Assembly: GCF_001194135.2 (NCBI RefSeq)
Contig: NC_068984.1
Span: 2,806,587 to 2,839,202 of the forward strand
Direction: 5' to 3'
Length of the DNA: 32,616 nucleotides
DNA from: Octopus bimaculoides
Lineage: Eukaryota
Shown: positions 11,649 to 23,582 of the stretch, piece after piece
Position numbering within the stretch: the stretch's first letter is position 1
How the letters are laid out: each line of letters starts with the position of its first letter
Notes under the pieces: model-generated
Database searches by the model: none
Seen by the model: the letters and a program-made list of their open reading frames with translations, nothing else
What the model was told of the DNA's origin: nothing
Position numbers and translations under genes: made by a program

Positions 11649-12457
11649 ACTTTTCAGATCATGTCTACATGTGGCTAAATATTTGTTACGTTTTTGCCCC
11701 CCCCCCCCCCGAGATTACTGATAGGACTTCCTTTCTATATTGTGTCTATGTACAAGCTTTTTATCTCTCTATACTTTCTACTTATATTTCTTATATATTT
11801 TAAATATTTTTTTACATATTTATAGAGATATTGTTTTACATATTTTTTACACATATTTTTTCTGCATGTCACCCTGCTTTCTTCTTGTGCGTATATAGAC
11901 GTGTATATGTAACCAATTGTGCGCGTTTTTAGATGTGTGTGTGTGTGCGAGTACTTGCGTATATAGGCGTGTGTGCGTGCATGCGAGAATGTGCGCATAT
12001 AGACGTGTTTTACCCTTATGGCTTTTTTACACTTTTTTCTGTATTTTGCCTTTAACCCTGTTTTTTCTTGGGTATGCATATATAGACGTGTGTATGAACC
12101 TTTTTGTGCGCTTGTGTACGTGTGTGAGAGTGTTACGCGCGTGTGTGTGTATGTGAGCGTGTATGCGGGTATATATATATACATTTTTTTTTTGGCGAAT
12201 GTGTGGGTGAGCATATGTGCATTTCAAGTGAGGGTGGATGAGTATATACACATAGGCGCATGTACGTGGGTGTGCGGGCGCGCATGTGTATATATAGACT
12301 TGTGCGCTTACACGATTACTATGGACATTTTTACTCCCTTACCTTTACTCCTCCCCCTCACTTAGCGGTCATTCTAATAGCTCTTTTGTCTTAATAACGG
12401 TCAATCACACAGTAATTTCTCTTTGTTTAACGGTCATTTTCATAGCATCCTTCGATG

Positions 12458-12526
12458 GCCAGATAACTGAAGAGATGGCGGCGTGGGTTTCCGCCCCGAC
12501 TTCTGAAACTTGGAGTTTTATCATGG
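12458..12526 (+). ncRNA. Minimal type I hammerhead ribozyme, family A, canonical core
   Basis: gcca-gataa CTGAAGA gatggcggcgtgggtttccgccccgacttct GAAA ctt-g-gag T T ttatc-a-tggc. Core 12467-12473, GAAA 12505-12508, GUU triplet 12515-12517. Confidence 0.7.
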
Positions 12527-13457
12527 CTACCGAATAATTGTCACATATTATTTACAGATAAATTACTCTATTTGCATAATATCGAGGTCTCTTTTTTCTT
12601 TTGTTGTCTTACCTTTTCTATCAATATACACACACATATATATATGTGTATATANNNNNNNNNNNNNNNNNNNNNNNNNNNNNNNNNNNNNNNNNNNNNN
12701 NNNNNNNNNNNNNNNNNNNNNNNNNNNNNNNNNNNNNNNNNNNNNNNNNNNNNNNNNNNNNNNNNNNNNNNNNNNNNNNNNNNNNNNNNNNNNNNNNNNN
12801 NNNNNNNNNNNNNNNNNNNNNNNNNNNNNNNNNNNNNNNNNNNNTATATATAGGATTTGATTATATTAAGTTTTATAAAGCATCAGTTTGAGAGAGAAGA
12901 GGGCGTCATAATTTATATTCGGTTAATGGACGTATTTCCAGTGACAGACGTTAAACGGATGTCGGGCACCCCGTTGTGAAAATCATTAGTACTATAACCT
13001 AGTATGCTACCATCAAGTGACTGATGAATTATTTCATAAAGATAAATTAATATGGTGAAAATAGCAAAAAAAACAATCTAATTTTAAATAAAATGACAAG
13101 CCGCCTATGGTGTAATAGGAATTGCTGGCAAACGGCTAGCGCTAAAAAAGCAATTTGTGTTTTTCTGATGAGCGTTTTTTGTATTTTAAATTAATCCCGA
13201 CCAATAATTTTTGTAAATGCACAAATTTACAGTTCCTATTATGCGAAATATCTCTTGGTTATTAACTTGGCGTGCTTAATCTGACAACCAATATTCCGTA
13301 ACTTTCAATATTTTGCTAGCACTCCTGCTTACAAGCGAGAAATAAGGTAAAAAAAAAACCCTAATTGATACCTTCGTGTTTTCGGTAGAGGTGAGATTTC
13401 GGTCTTGATTTCAAAATGGTCTTCATTAAAATGAAATTTATCTGTTAATCTTTGCAG

Positions 13458-13628
13458 ACAAGATAAACGTTAACTTGCAAATGGAAGAAAATGTGTAAAA
13501 GAGCAGAGGAAGAATTGAATGGTTTTACTGGACGGGTTCTTTGCTCGGTTCCTAAAACAGAGAAAAATAGAGAAATTACAAACGAAAGAAGAACAAAATC
13601 AATTAATGGTAAAGAGGAAGTTACCATG
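13458..13628 (+). other. Weak exon candidate
   Basis: Acceptor TTAATCTTTGCAG and donor ATG/GTAGGG. ATG at 13491 opens MCKRAEEELNGFTGRVLCSVPKTEKNREITNERRTKSINGKEEVTM up to the donor. No recognised homology. Confidence 0.2.
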
Positions 13629-15524
13629 GTAGGGTGGTTCAGCGAATGACTGGGTGGAATAAGGGTAGAAAAGGAGGAATGGCGAGAATCGAGTAATTCT
13701 TTACCTCTATCTCTATGTGTTGTGTCTGAAAAGGAGAGGAGGGAGAGAGATGAAAAGGAAGAGGAGAGAATTATGAGAGATGGCGAATTATGGATAAATG
13801 AAGGGGGAGGGGGGAGGGGAGAGAGAAAATCTGAGAGAAAAAATTTGGAGATAAAAAAGATAAAGAGAGAAGAGAAGATTGATGGAGAGTTTCAATAGAT
13901 CTGATGGGAGAGAGGGAATTAGGAGAGAGGGAAAGAGTAAAAGTGAATGACTGAGGGAGAGAGAGAAGGGGGGATAGGAGGAGAAAGAAAGAATGAGTAA
14001 GGGAGTGTGTAAGGGAGGAAATGAATGATGGCATCAGAGAGGGAGAGAGAGAGAGAGAGTCGTAGAGAGGAAGACTGATGCTTTTGGTACAAGAAAAACC
14101 AAACTGATGCAAGGAAGAAGAGGCTGATGAAGACAAGGGTGTAAAAATATAAAATTAATGGCGTATGAAAGAAGAGTGGCAGGAGGAAGATCTAGAGAGG
14201 GGGGAGGGAGAGAGAGAGCGAGGGAGGAGAGAGAGAGAGGGAGAGAAAGAGAAAGAGTCATTGACTGTTATTAAATGGTAACTGAGAAAAAATAGAGTTT
14301 AGAGAAGACAAGAAGAAAGAGAGATTGAATGTCTAAAATGAGATGGATGTGATATTGTGTGGAGAGGAAGAAAAGAAGAAGGAGAGGAATCAGTTGATTG
14401 AACATTAGGGTTTGTTAAAGAAAGGAACAAAATTAATGATGAGAACAATTACAGTCGTTCTTCGAATTAATTACAAGTGTGGTAAGGATGTATTTAGGTT
14501 GACCTTTCAGTTACATTTCTGAAGTGGAAATGAAATGGTTTACGTCAGGAATCCTCATGTCTAATGAAAATTGAATTTTGGTTGTAAGGAAATATAGTTT
14601 AAAATAAGTTATTTTGTGGAATTTGCAAGGATATAAAGTGAAATCTCAACATAGTTTAATATAAATTCTAGAATAATGATTGTTATGAACGAGGTAAAAA
14701 GATCCGGTATTTTAAGGGCGGGAAAAATGGGTTTTATATATANNNNNNNNNNNNNNNNNNNNNNNNNNNNNNNNNNNNNNNNNNNNNNNNNNNNNNNNNN
14801 NNNNNNNNNNNNNNNNNNNNNNNNNNNNNNNNNNNNNNNNNNNNNNNNNNNNNNNNNNNNNNNNNNNNNNNNNNNNNNNNNNNNNNNNNNNNNNNNNNNN
14901 NNNNNNNNNNNNNNNNNNNNNNNNNNNNNNNNNNNNNNNNNNNNNNNNNNNNNNNNNNNNNNNNNNNNNNNNNNNNNNNNNNNNNNNNNNNNNNNNNNNN
15001 NNNNTACACGTAATTTCCTGGGTACTCCGAAATCCGTCCATACCTTGACACGATTCAGTGTGTAGTGTTAAGTTGGTGGTTAAGAACAATATAATAAAAT
15101 GACAAAATGAAATAATAATATAAAATAAAATAGGAATATAAAATCCTGAGAAGAAAAGAAAAAGTAATACACAGATATTCATGTAAAAATAAAAATAAAA
15201 ATAAAAATAAAAATAAAATTAAAATAAAACATAAAAGGAGTCAAATCGGTGGGGCGAGTAATCTAAGAAAGGTATAAGTTAGAGGTGTTAAGCCCTCTAA
15301 AGGATAGAAGTATCCGGAGGCACTCCTGGTAATCACCTCAGTAAGTATGGTCCTTGGTATAAGGTATACGGCAGCAGGTAATTTAAGGGGTAAACGGTAG
15401 TTTAATGTATATATAGACGATAAGAAAATGGAGGAAAAACAACAAATAGAAGTGTGTCTGTTTTGCTAAAAAGCCATTATTTAGCACAACAGACACGCCA
15501 TTTTCATAGCATTTTTGTTTGTCT

Positions 15525-15580
15525 TAATAACTGACGAGATGCCGGAGCAAATTTCCGCCCCGAAACTCGGAGTTTTATTA
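15525..15580 (+). ncRNA. Minimal type I hammerhead ribozyme, family A, canonical core
   Basis: taataa CTGACGA gatgccggagcaaatttccgcccc GAAA ctc-g-gag T T ttatta. Perfect 6-bp stem I. The repeat continues to about 15635. Confidence 0.72.
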
Positions 15581-15956
15581 TGGCAACCAAATAATTGTCA
15601 CATATTATATTACAGATAAATTCCTCTATTTACATTACTGGAGTCCGGAACTCCCATGGAAAAAAAGAATTTCGCCGCCTGGTCTAACACAACCACTTGG
15701 CACTTGGGGTCCTATTGAGAGAGAGGTCACTAATATTTGATACAAGGTTTGAATCTGTGGCTACCTCATCCCCTCCAAAGCAGTGGTCACTGTTGTACTC
15801 TCTAATTAAAAAACAAGATTCTGTTCCGTTGCTTCAGCACATTCATTCGCTTTAGTACAAGACTTCAAACAAATTATATCCTACTCGAAATAACAGCTCT
15901 TTAACCCTCATCTCCCAGCGGCTATTAAAAAGATGACGGACTCATTAGGCAGCATC

Positions 15957-16245
15957 TTTCATCTTTTATCTTTGACTTGTTTCAACCATTAGACTGCGGC
16001 CATACTGTGGCACGCCCTAGAAGAAATTTTTGTCGAACGAATCGACCTCGCTACTTATATTCTTAAAGCTCGGAACTCATTTGTCGAACTGCAAAGTTAA
16101 CGGGGCATAAACACCCCAACACCAGTTGTCAGGTGGTGGCGAGGCACATACACGCACACACATACACATACACAAACACACACACACATACACACATATA
16201 TACGACGAGCTTCTTTCAGTTTCCATCTATCAGTTCTACTCACAA
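15957..16245 (-). mobile_element. Degenerate SINE family S1
   Basis: CTTGTTTCAACCATTAGACTGCGGCCATACTG and GAGCTTCTTTCAGTTTCCATCTA match the reverse complement of S1. Confidence 0.7.
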
Positions 16246-16560
16246 GGCGTGTATGTGTGTGTGTGCGTATGTAAGTATAAGTGTGTGCAAATGTTTCAGT
16301 GGATTTTACTTAGAAATGTCTAAGAGTAAAGTTGTTGTTGCGATTGCTTGGGTCTTAGTTCCGATCGAAAAGACAAAGGTAGTCCATCCGTGACCACCCT
16401 AGCCTTTTCCTGTGTGCAAGAGAACGAGAAACATATCCACAGCCTCCTTCTGAGACTGTGAGATATGATTTAGAGTAGGATAACTGCTATTTCCAGCAGA
16501 TGGAGCGACCGCGTAGAGGGTTCGTGGTTTGCTGGGGGCAGCAAAGTGAGATAATTAGTG

Positions 16561-16574
16561 GTTGCTATGGTAAC
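16561..16574. promoter_or_regulatory. RFX X-box motif
   Basis: GTTGCTATGGTAAC fits the 14-bp X-box GTHNYY-AT-RRNAAC, in non-repeat-looking sequence. Confidence 0.35.
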
Positions 16575-17029
16575 AGAGATTCTGAAATGTAAACTATTTA
16601 TTTGACGGTGCCGAGGCCTGCTTCACACAATGGCAGTTTTATTAATGGATTAATGGATAGGGTTAGACTGAAGGGGTTCTTAGAATGAACGGGGACAGCG
16701 GCGGCGGGGGCGGCGNNNNNNNNNNNNNNNNNNNNNNNNNNNNNNNNNNNNNNNNNNNNNNNNNNNNNNNNNNNNNNNNNNNNNNNNNNNNNNNNNNNNN
16801 NNNNNNNNNNNNNNNNNNNNNNNNNNNNNNNNNNNNNNNNNNNNNNNNNNNNNNNNNNNNNNNNNNNNNNNNNNNNNNNNNNNNNNNNNNNNNNNNNNNN
16901 NNNNNNNNNNNNNNNNNNNNNNNNNNNNNNNNNNNNNNNNNNNNNNNNNNNNNNNNNNNNNNNNNNNNNNNNNNNNNNNNNNNNNNNNNNNNNNNNNNNN
17001 NNNNNNNNNNNNNNNNNNNNNNNNNNNNG

Positions 17030-17197
17030 ATGATGATGATGATGATGATGATGACGACGATGATGATGACGATGATGGTGATGATGATGATGATGGTGAT
17101 GACGATGATGATGATGATGATTGATGGTGATGATTGATGAAGGGGATGATATTGATGATGAGGATGGTGGTCCTGGTGACGATGAAGACGATGAAAA

Positions 17198-17229
<32 letters not shown>

Positions 17230-17235
17230 ATGACG
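17030..17235. repeat. (GAT/GAC/GGT)n trinucleotide low-complexity tract
   Basis: Direct inspection. It is the source of the poly-D/M/H ORFs in the track. Confidence 0.95.
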
Positions 17236-17651
17236 ACAGAGGGAAAGGAGATTCAGGGGAGATGAAGAAGTGCAGCAGAGTCAAGGAATGGGGTGGGGTG
17301 ACTGAAAGGGGGATAGAATGAGAGAGAGAGGAAACGATGGAAATAGAAATGATCTGCGAAGTAGTTGGTTCGCCTCTGGCAGAGTGTAGCCTTGCCATCC
17401 ATCCATCCACCCACCCACCNNNNNNNNNNNNNNNNNNNNNNNNNNNNNNNNNNNNNNNNNNNNNNNNNNNNNNNNNNNNNNNNNNNNNNNNNNNNNNNNN
17501 NNNNNNNNNNNNNNNNNNNNNNNNNNNNNNNNNNNNNNNNNNNNNNNCCAACCAGCCAACCTGTTTCGTTTCCACAATGCCATTGTAACACATTCTCTTC
17601 CTCGAAACTCACTTCACACCTCTAACATGGAATTATTTGAAGAAATTTTAA

Positions 17652-17798
17652 TTCTTTTATTCTTTTACTTGTTTCAGTCATTTGACTGCGGCCATGCTGG
17701 AGCAGCTTTTCAGTCAAGCAAATCGACATCAGGACTTATTCTTTGTAAGCCTAGTACTTATTCTATCGGTCTCTTTTTGCCGGACCGCTAGATTACAA
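17652..17798 (-). mobile_element. Partial SINE family S1 (3' part)
   Basis: TTCTTTTACTTGTTTCAGTCATTTGACTGCGGCCATGCTGGAGC is the reverse complement of the S1 tail. Confidence 0.85.
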
Positions 17799-17983
17799 GG
17801 AATGATAATCATTTTTAAAAATCGTTATTTGCACAGCGAGATCTGGAACGATTCTTTGCATATCCATTCTAGGCAGGTTCTGGCGCAAAATATGATGATC
17901 GCCATTGTGTTCGTCATAGCAAAATAAACATTTCTTTTCTTTTAAGACGATTTGCAATCTATTTGGCACATTGACGCACAGGA

Positions 17984-18029
17984 TTCTGGGACACTGGCGT
18001 TTCGATATGTTTTCCCTCGTCAGACAGAA
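17984..18029 (-). ncRNA. Candidate type I hammerhead with canonical core and GUC triplet (family F)
   Basis: Minus strand: ttctgt CTGACGA gggaaaacatatc GAAA cgc-ca-gtg T C ccagaa. Stem I has 5 bp plus one mismatch; stem II is weak (2 bp). Confidence 0.4.
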
Positions 18030-18115
18030 GCACCCGAATCTTTGAGCCTAATTCAAGCCGGTCACTTTCATAATACTTTCAGCGAACAAATTGTTTGCTG
18101 ATGAGTGATATTGGT

Positions 18116-18212
<97 letters not shown>

Positions 18213-18214
<2 letters not shown>

Positions 18215-18508
18215 TGGAGACCTGAGAATTGAGATCGCTAAGATGTGGCAACTACAAGAGTCAAACATAAAGGTTATCCCTATTGTCATCGGAGATTGAG
18301 TTCAATACCACCCAATCTAGAAAGCTTAGAAATACCCTAAAAATCGAGGTGTATTGCAAAAGTCAACGTTACTTGGAATTGCACACATATTGCGTAAAGT
18401 ACTGTCTGTCTGAGATCCTTGTTGTGACTTGACAAACAGTACAAACACCCCCGGTAGACACAATATCTTCAATCAACATCACGATATTGTATACTGTGCG
18501 ACATCTAT
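18213..18508 (+). mobile_element. 5'-truncated R4/Dong-type non-LTR retrotransposon 3' end (REL endonuclease tail)
   Basis: Manual translation YGDLRIEIAKMWQLQESNIKVIPIVIG / LSSIPPNLESLEIP* / LQKSTLLGIAHILRKVLSV* (stop 18411-18413), with frameshifts. About 95-bp 3' UTR. Flanked by (ACT)n(AAT)n and (ACA)n(ATA)n(GAT)n arrays. Confidence 0.85.
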
Positions 18509-18541
18509 AATAACAACAAGAACAACAACAACAACAACAAC

Positions 18542-18631
<90 letters not shown>

Positions 18632-18632
18632 T

Positions 18633-18673
<41 letters not shown>

Positions 18674-18695
18674 AATCATCATCATTATAACAATG

Positions 18696-18768
18696 CTTTC
18701 TACTAAAAGCACAAGGCCTGAAGTTTTGGGGGAAGGGTGAAGTCGATTACATCGAGCCCAGTGTTTCT
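18696..18768 (-). mobile_element. Partial SINE family S2 (3' part)
   Basis: CACAAGGCCTGAAGTTTTGGGGGAAGGG..AGTCGATTACATCGA matches 21985-22035. Confidence 0.7.
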
Positions 18769-19343
18769 GATTAGTTTGTGAATAGTTTGTTCGTGCGTAT
18801 GTATGTACGTAAAGATATATGCACGTATGTGTATAATAAGTATGTATGTGTTTACATGTTTTAAACAGAAACTATAATATGTTGTTGTCAATCTCTTATC
18901 AAGTCTCTTCCAATTTATGGATTATAAATTTCAACAAATATAAATCCTTTGAGATGATTTGTCTCGTCTATACCTTGTAGAAGGATCTTCGCCACTATCG
19001 ACGATTAATGCTCGAGTTCGATTGCATTATTGTAAAAGTAGCTGAGTATCTCTCAGAAAGTTGTGCCCAGAATGTAATACCTAGGACAGGGTCAGTGTGA
19101 CAACTGTACAACTATTTGACAGGCTTTTATAGTTTTCTTCCACACAGCTTCACTCATAGGTCTTGGGTTGACCCCGACGCCATGCTGAGATATATTTACC
19201 CAAGATGCTTTGCGATGCAATCGGACCTGGTGGCATATTAACCATACGAACTGTCCGACTTTGTTAATCTATACCTCGACGCATATATGCACAAATACAA
19301 GCACGATGAAAACACATACGCACGCACACATGCACACACGCAC

Positions 19344-19416
<73 letters not shown>

Positions 19417-19767
19417 TATAGGAGTGTCGTGTGTGTGTTTATGTATGTAACAGGTACATTACTTATTTATGAAGACCAACGTCAGATCTAAGCAGAGTTA
19501 AACCCGAAGTAGTTTATTGCATCTTTACTGGAACCAGGATTACAGGTAAGCGGAATTAAGTCAAAGACTAGGAAATCTCCGGCAACCTAGAATATTAATA
19601 TCAAATAGAAAGACAACCTTGCCACATGACTACATGGGAACGGTGTAAGCAGTAGATGATATACATAAGCACATACATACATACATACATACATGCATGC
19701 ATACATGTATATTTATGTATATACACATGTGTATTTATGTATATACATATAGTATATACATATACGC

Positions 19768-19832
<65 letters not shown>

Positions 19833-21320
19833 TGTATATATATATATATATCAGTATATATACATATGTACATACATGCATACTTACATGCATACATAGA
19901 TGTGTATTTATGTATATACATATCTATATATTTACATACATATAAATATATACATATACAAATACATACATGCATACATACTTACAAATATACATACAAT
20001 ACATACATTCATACATATATTTATACTTACAAGCACACATACATACATACGTATATGCATACATACATGCATACATACATACATACACACACACTCGTAC
20101 ATACATACATTGCTATACACACACTCGTACATACATACATTGCTATACACACATTTATATCACGAAAAAGACAATATTAAGATTGTAGGATAAGATTACT
20201 CTGTTGTTGACAGAAATATGATTCCGAACAATGTGCAGCGTAAAAACAAAGTTGTGCAGCGTCGACTTAAATATCTTGTTTACTTGGGTATATGTTTACG
20301 TAACGTGAAGAGCCTCCAGGAAAATGGAGGCGAACGTATCCTGATTGGGAAACATTAGCCTTGGTAAGAGCTACCAGATGAGAGCACAATGAAAGAAAAA
20401 AACTGGTAACGGAAATAAATACTTTTAAATAGGTAGAATGTCAGAACTCGTTTAGGTATTAGGGAATAAAAACGAAAATGTAGAATTATATTTGAAAAAA
20501 AAAAGGATGAGTGAAGAAGAGAAAACAAAGTGTTGGAGTGACAGAAGAATGATTCTGGTTGTAAGTCTGAAAATATTAAGGAAAATGTAAAAAGAGAAAA
20601 GAAAAAGGAAGAGATTTTGCCGAGAGAAGAAAAAATGGGGATTTGCAGCAGCAAAAGGTAATTATATGTAAATAACGACACATATAGGGGACACATATCT
20701 AGATATGTGTATACGCATGCGTAAGTACAAAGATATGTGCATACATAGATACACACATACAAGTATAGACATACAAGCCTTCCTACCTATCTACCTACCT
20801 ACATACATACATGTTATAAATAATATGTAAATATATGCATATATCGATACATATATGTACATACCTAGATCTATATGTATACATACATGCATATATGGGT
20901 ACAGGACATAAAAAAAAACCTTAAACACAATGAGAAACGAAAACATATAAACGAAAACAGAAATCGAACTTTCTTCGAGCAACGGAAAAAACTAACAGAG
21001 AAACGAGACATGCAACATAAAGTGTATAACCCTTCGTCAGTTGTCCCTGTCCTATCTACTCCGTGCTTCGAAGGCAACACATATATATGTACATACATAC
21101 ATATATACCTGTACCTACCCACACCTTAGAATCATCATGGCATCAGATGTGGCTTTTTAAACCAGACAATATTCTGAAAAGACAACCACGTCGATTACAC
21201 CTCCGATTTGGACCCTCAAGAGCTGCAGTTAAGTTCTGATCTTTGCGGATCTTCAAATGTCTTTTGAGGCCTCCGTTAGATTTGCAAACCTTCTGGCATA
21301 CATACACAGACATATATATG

Positions 21321-21401
<81 letters not shown>

Positions 21402-21416
21402 TTAAGTATGTATATA

Positions 21417-21472
<56 letters not shown>

Positions 21473-21967
21473 AACAAACAGATAGATAGATAAACAGGCA
21501 CACAAACGGACAGATATATAGATAGACAGACAAATAGATAGACAGACAGACAGATAGATTTACAGACACACAGACGGAAAAATATATAGACAGACAGACA
21601 GACATATAGATAGATAGATATGAATTTTTACTTCAGAATGTAGTGAAGGAATAGCGTCAGTCTCATCGCCATCAAGTGTTCAACTTCTTATTTTACTCTC
21701 AAACCGAAAGCTATCTTCGTGTTCTCTTAGAATATATTGGTTTGCTCCCTCATTTATATCCCTTTCGAAAACTTTCTCCATTAAGTTGATGAGATTCTCG
21801 CATGTCGGAATATATTTTCACTATGTACCTTTCCTAATGATTCTTTCTTAACAGAGCCTGCCCCATTGCCTGCCGTTCAAGAACTTCACCAATGAGAACG
21901 ATAGATAAGAATAGTCGTAGCTCGAACGTCTCCACCATAACAGAGACTCTATAGTGATTAAACAGAT

Positions 21968-22184
21968 TCTTTTCTACTCTGGATACAAGGCCTGAAATTT
22001 ATGGGGAAGGGGCCAGCCGATTAGATCGACCCCAGTGCGTAGCTGGTACTTAATTTATCGACCCCGAAAGGATGAAAGGCAAAGTCGACCTCAGCGGAAT
22101 TTGAACTCAGAACGTAGCGGCAGACGAAATACCGCTAAGAATTTCGCCCGGCGTGCTAACGTTTCTGCCAGCTTGTCACCGCCT
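21968..22184 (-). mobile_element. SINE family S2, well-preserved full copy
   Basis: Minus-strand head GGCGGTGACAAGCTGGCAGAAACGTTAGC, B box GAGTTCAAATTCC, tail GTAGAAAAGA. Confidence 0.9.
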
Positions 22185-22500
22185 TACAGATTCATTATCT
22201 TAACATATTTATGGTAGTAGAGTTCATACAACTCATTAGTGGTGGTGGAAAAAATTAAGTGAGCGTCTGTACAATTGGAAAATTTACTTTGATCTCAGTA
22301 TGAATGTTTGTATGTTACACAACGACTAGACACAAACTCATCCGCCTGTCTGTCAGACTCCCTCTCTCTCTTTCTCTCTGTGTATGTGCATATATATATN
22401 NNNNNNNNNNNNNNNNNNNNNNNNNNNNNNNNNNNNNNNNNNNNNNNNNNNNNNNNNNNNNNNNNNNNNNNNNNNNNNNTATATATATATTCTGTCATTG

Positions 22501-22665
22501 TTTTATTCTTTTGCTTGTTTCAGTCATTTGACTGTGACCATGCTGGAGCACCGGCTTTTAGTCGAAGAAATCGACCTCTGACCTTATTCTTTGTAAGCTT
22601 GGTACTTATTCTATCGTTTCTTACGGGACGTAAACACACCAACATCGGTTGTCAAGCAATGGTGG
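22501..22665 (-). mobile_element. Partial SINE family S1
   Basis: CTTGTTTCAGTCATTTGACTGTGACCATGCTGGAGCACC...GTAAACACACCAACATCGGTTGTCAAGC. Confidence 0.85.
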
Positions 22666-23064
22666 TGGTGCTATTGCCTTCTCTCCAAGCAATCACTATT
22701 TTTTTCTCATTAATGATATCTCAGTTTTACAAAATTCTTTTGATTCTTCAAACTATTCCCCTTTCCTTTCCGAGTTGGTTTCAATTGTCACCAAAGGATT
22801 GTTCTATCTTCTCCCTGGCGATCTAGTTTAAATAAAGTGCAAATTGTTGTAATAAATCAAGTGTTTATCGTAAATCCCTTTTGAAAAATCACCTGACGAA
22901 ACACATCTGCACCGAAAGATGCACCACAACCAATTGTCTAGAATGTCACTCGCGAGAGACCGATGCACGATGGTCGAAACGATCGTTGAGATTAATAAAG
23001 AATCACGTGAAAGTCTATTTTCTTTTTCTCTCTTGTTATTTACATGTGATGTGTGTGTGTGCAT

Positions 23065-23097
<33 letters not shown>

Positions 23098-23540
23098 CAC
23101 ATACAAATATTAAATGAAATGGAGAGATACAATTGACAAACTAAGAATTTATTTACATTATGATATAATATAATATACTATAAAAAATATAACAACAAAT
23201 AAAAAAACAACAAATAAAGCCATCAATTCGTTTGGATTTATATACACTAGCTAATTTATAAAAATCCCTATCTATTTATAGAAGCCTCTTCAGGGCCTTG
23301 GCTAAAAAAAAAAACAGACGAAATTCCATGCAAAGGACTGTCAAATTGCAAAAATACTGATTCAAAATACCTGTGTTTAGGAGCGTGATGTATATACATA
23401 TATTTAGGCTTTTATTGGTTTCAGCCATGCGGCTTTGGTCATGCTGGAGCACTACCATGGTATCTGACTTCCTCAGTCTGGGTGTTTCACATCACCACCC
23501 CTATATGTGCCTTTTTCCCTCCAATAGCAAGCCATGCTAC

Positions 23541-23582
23541 TCCAGACTGATGACGAGCAAGACTCAGAAACTACTCTCTGGA
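23541..23582 (+). ncRNA. Minimal type I hammerhead ribozyme, family E, canonical CUGAUGA core
   Basis: tccaga CTGATGA c-gag-caaga-ctc-a GAAA ctac T C tctgga. Perfect 6-bp stem I. Stem III is ACTACT, one change from the palindrome ACTAGT. Confidence 0.6.

Noticed and set aside
20091-20150. Exact 30-bp tandem duplication
   Set aside because: Ordinary slippage product within a CATA-rich low-complexity tract.
21010-21075. Minus-strand CTGACGA-AGGG in a repeat related to 1885-1925
   Set aside because: No GAAA or stem III in type I order, and the type II arrangement does not fold.
21620-21965. Possible LINE 3' coding remnant on the minus strand
   Set aside because: Stops in the frames tried and no convincing motif; needs tBLASTx.
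22889-22925. CTGACGA...GAAA on the plus strand
   Set aside because: No stem II pairing, no NUH and no stem I partner.
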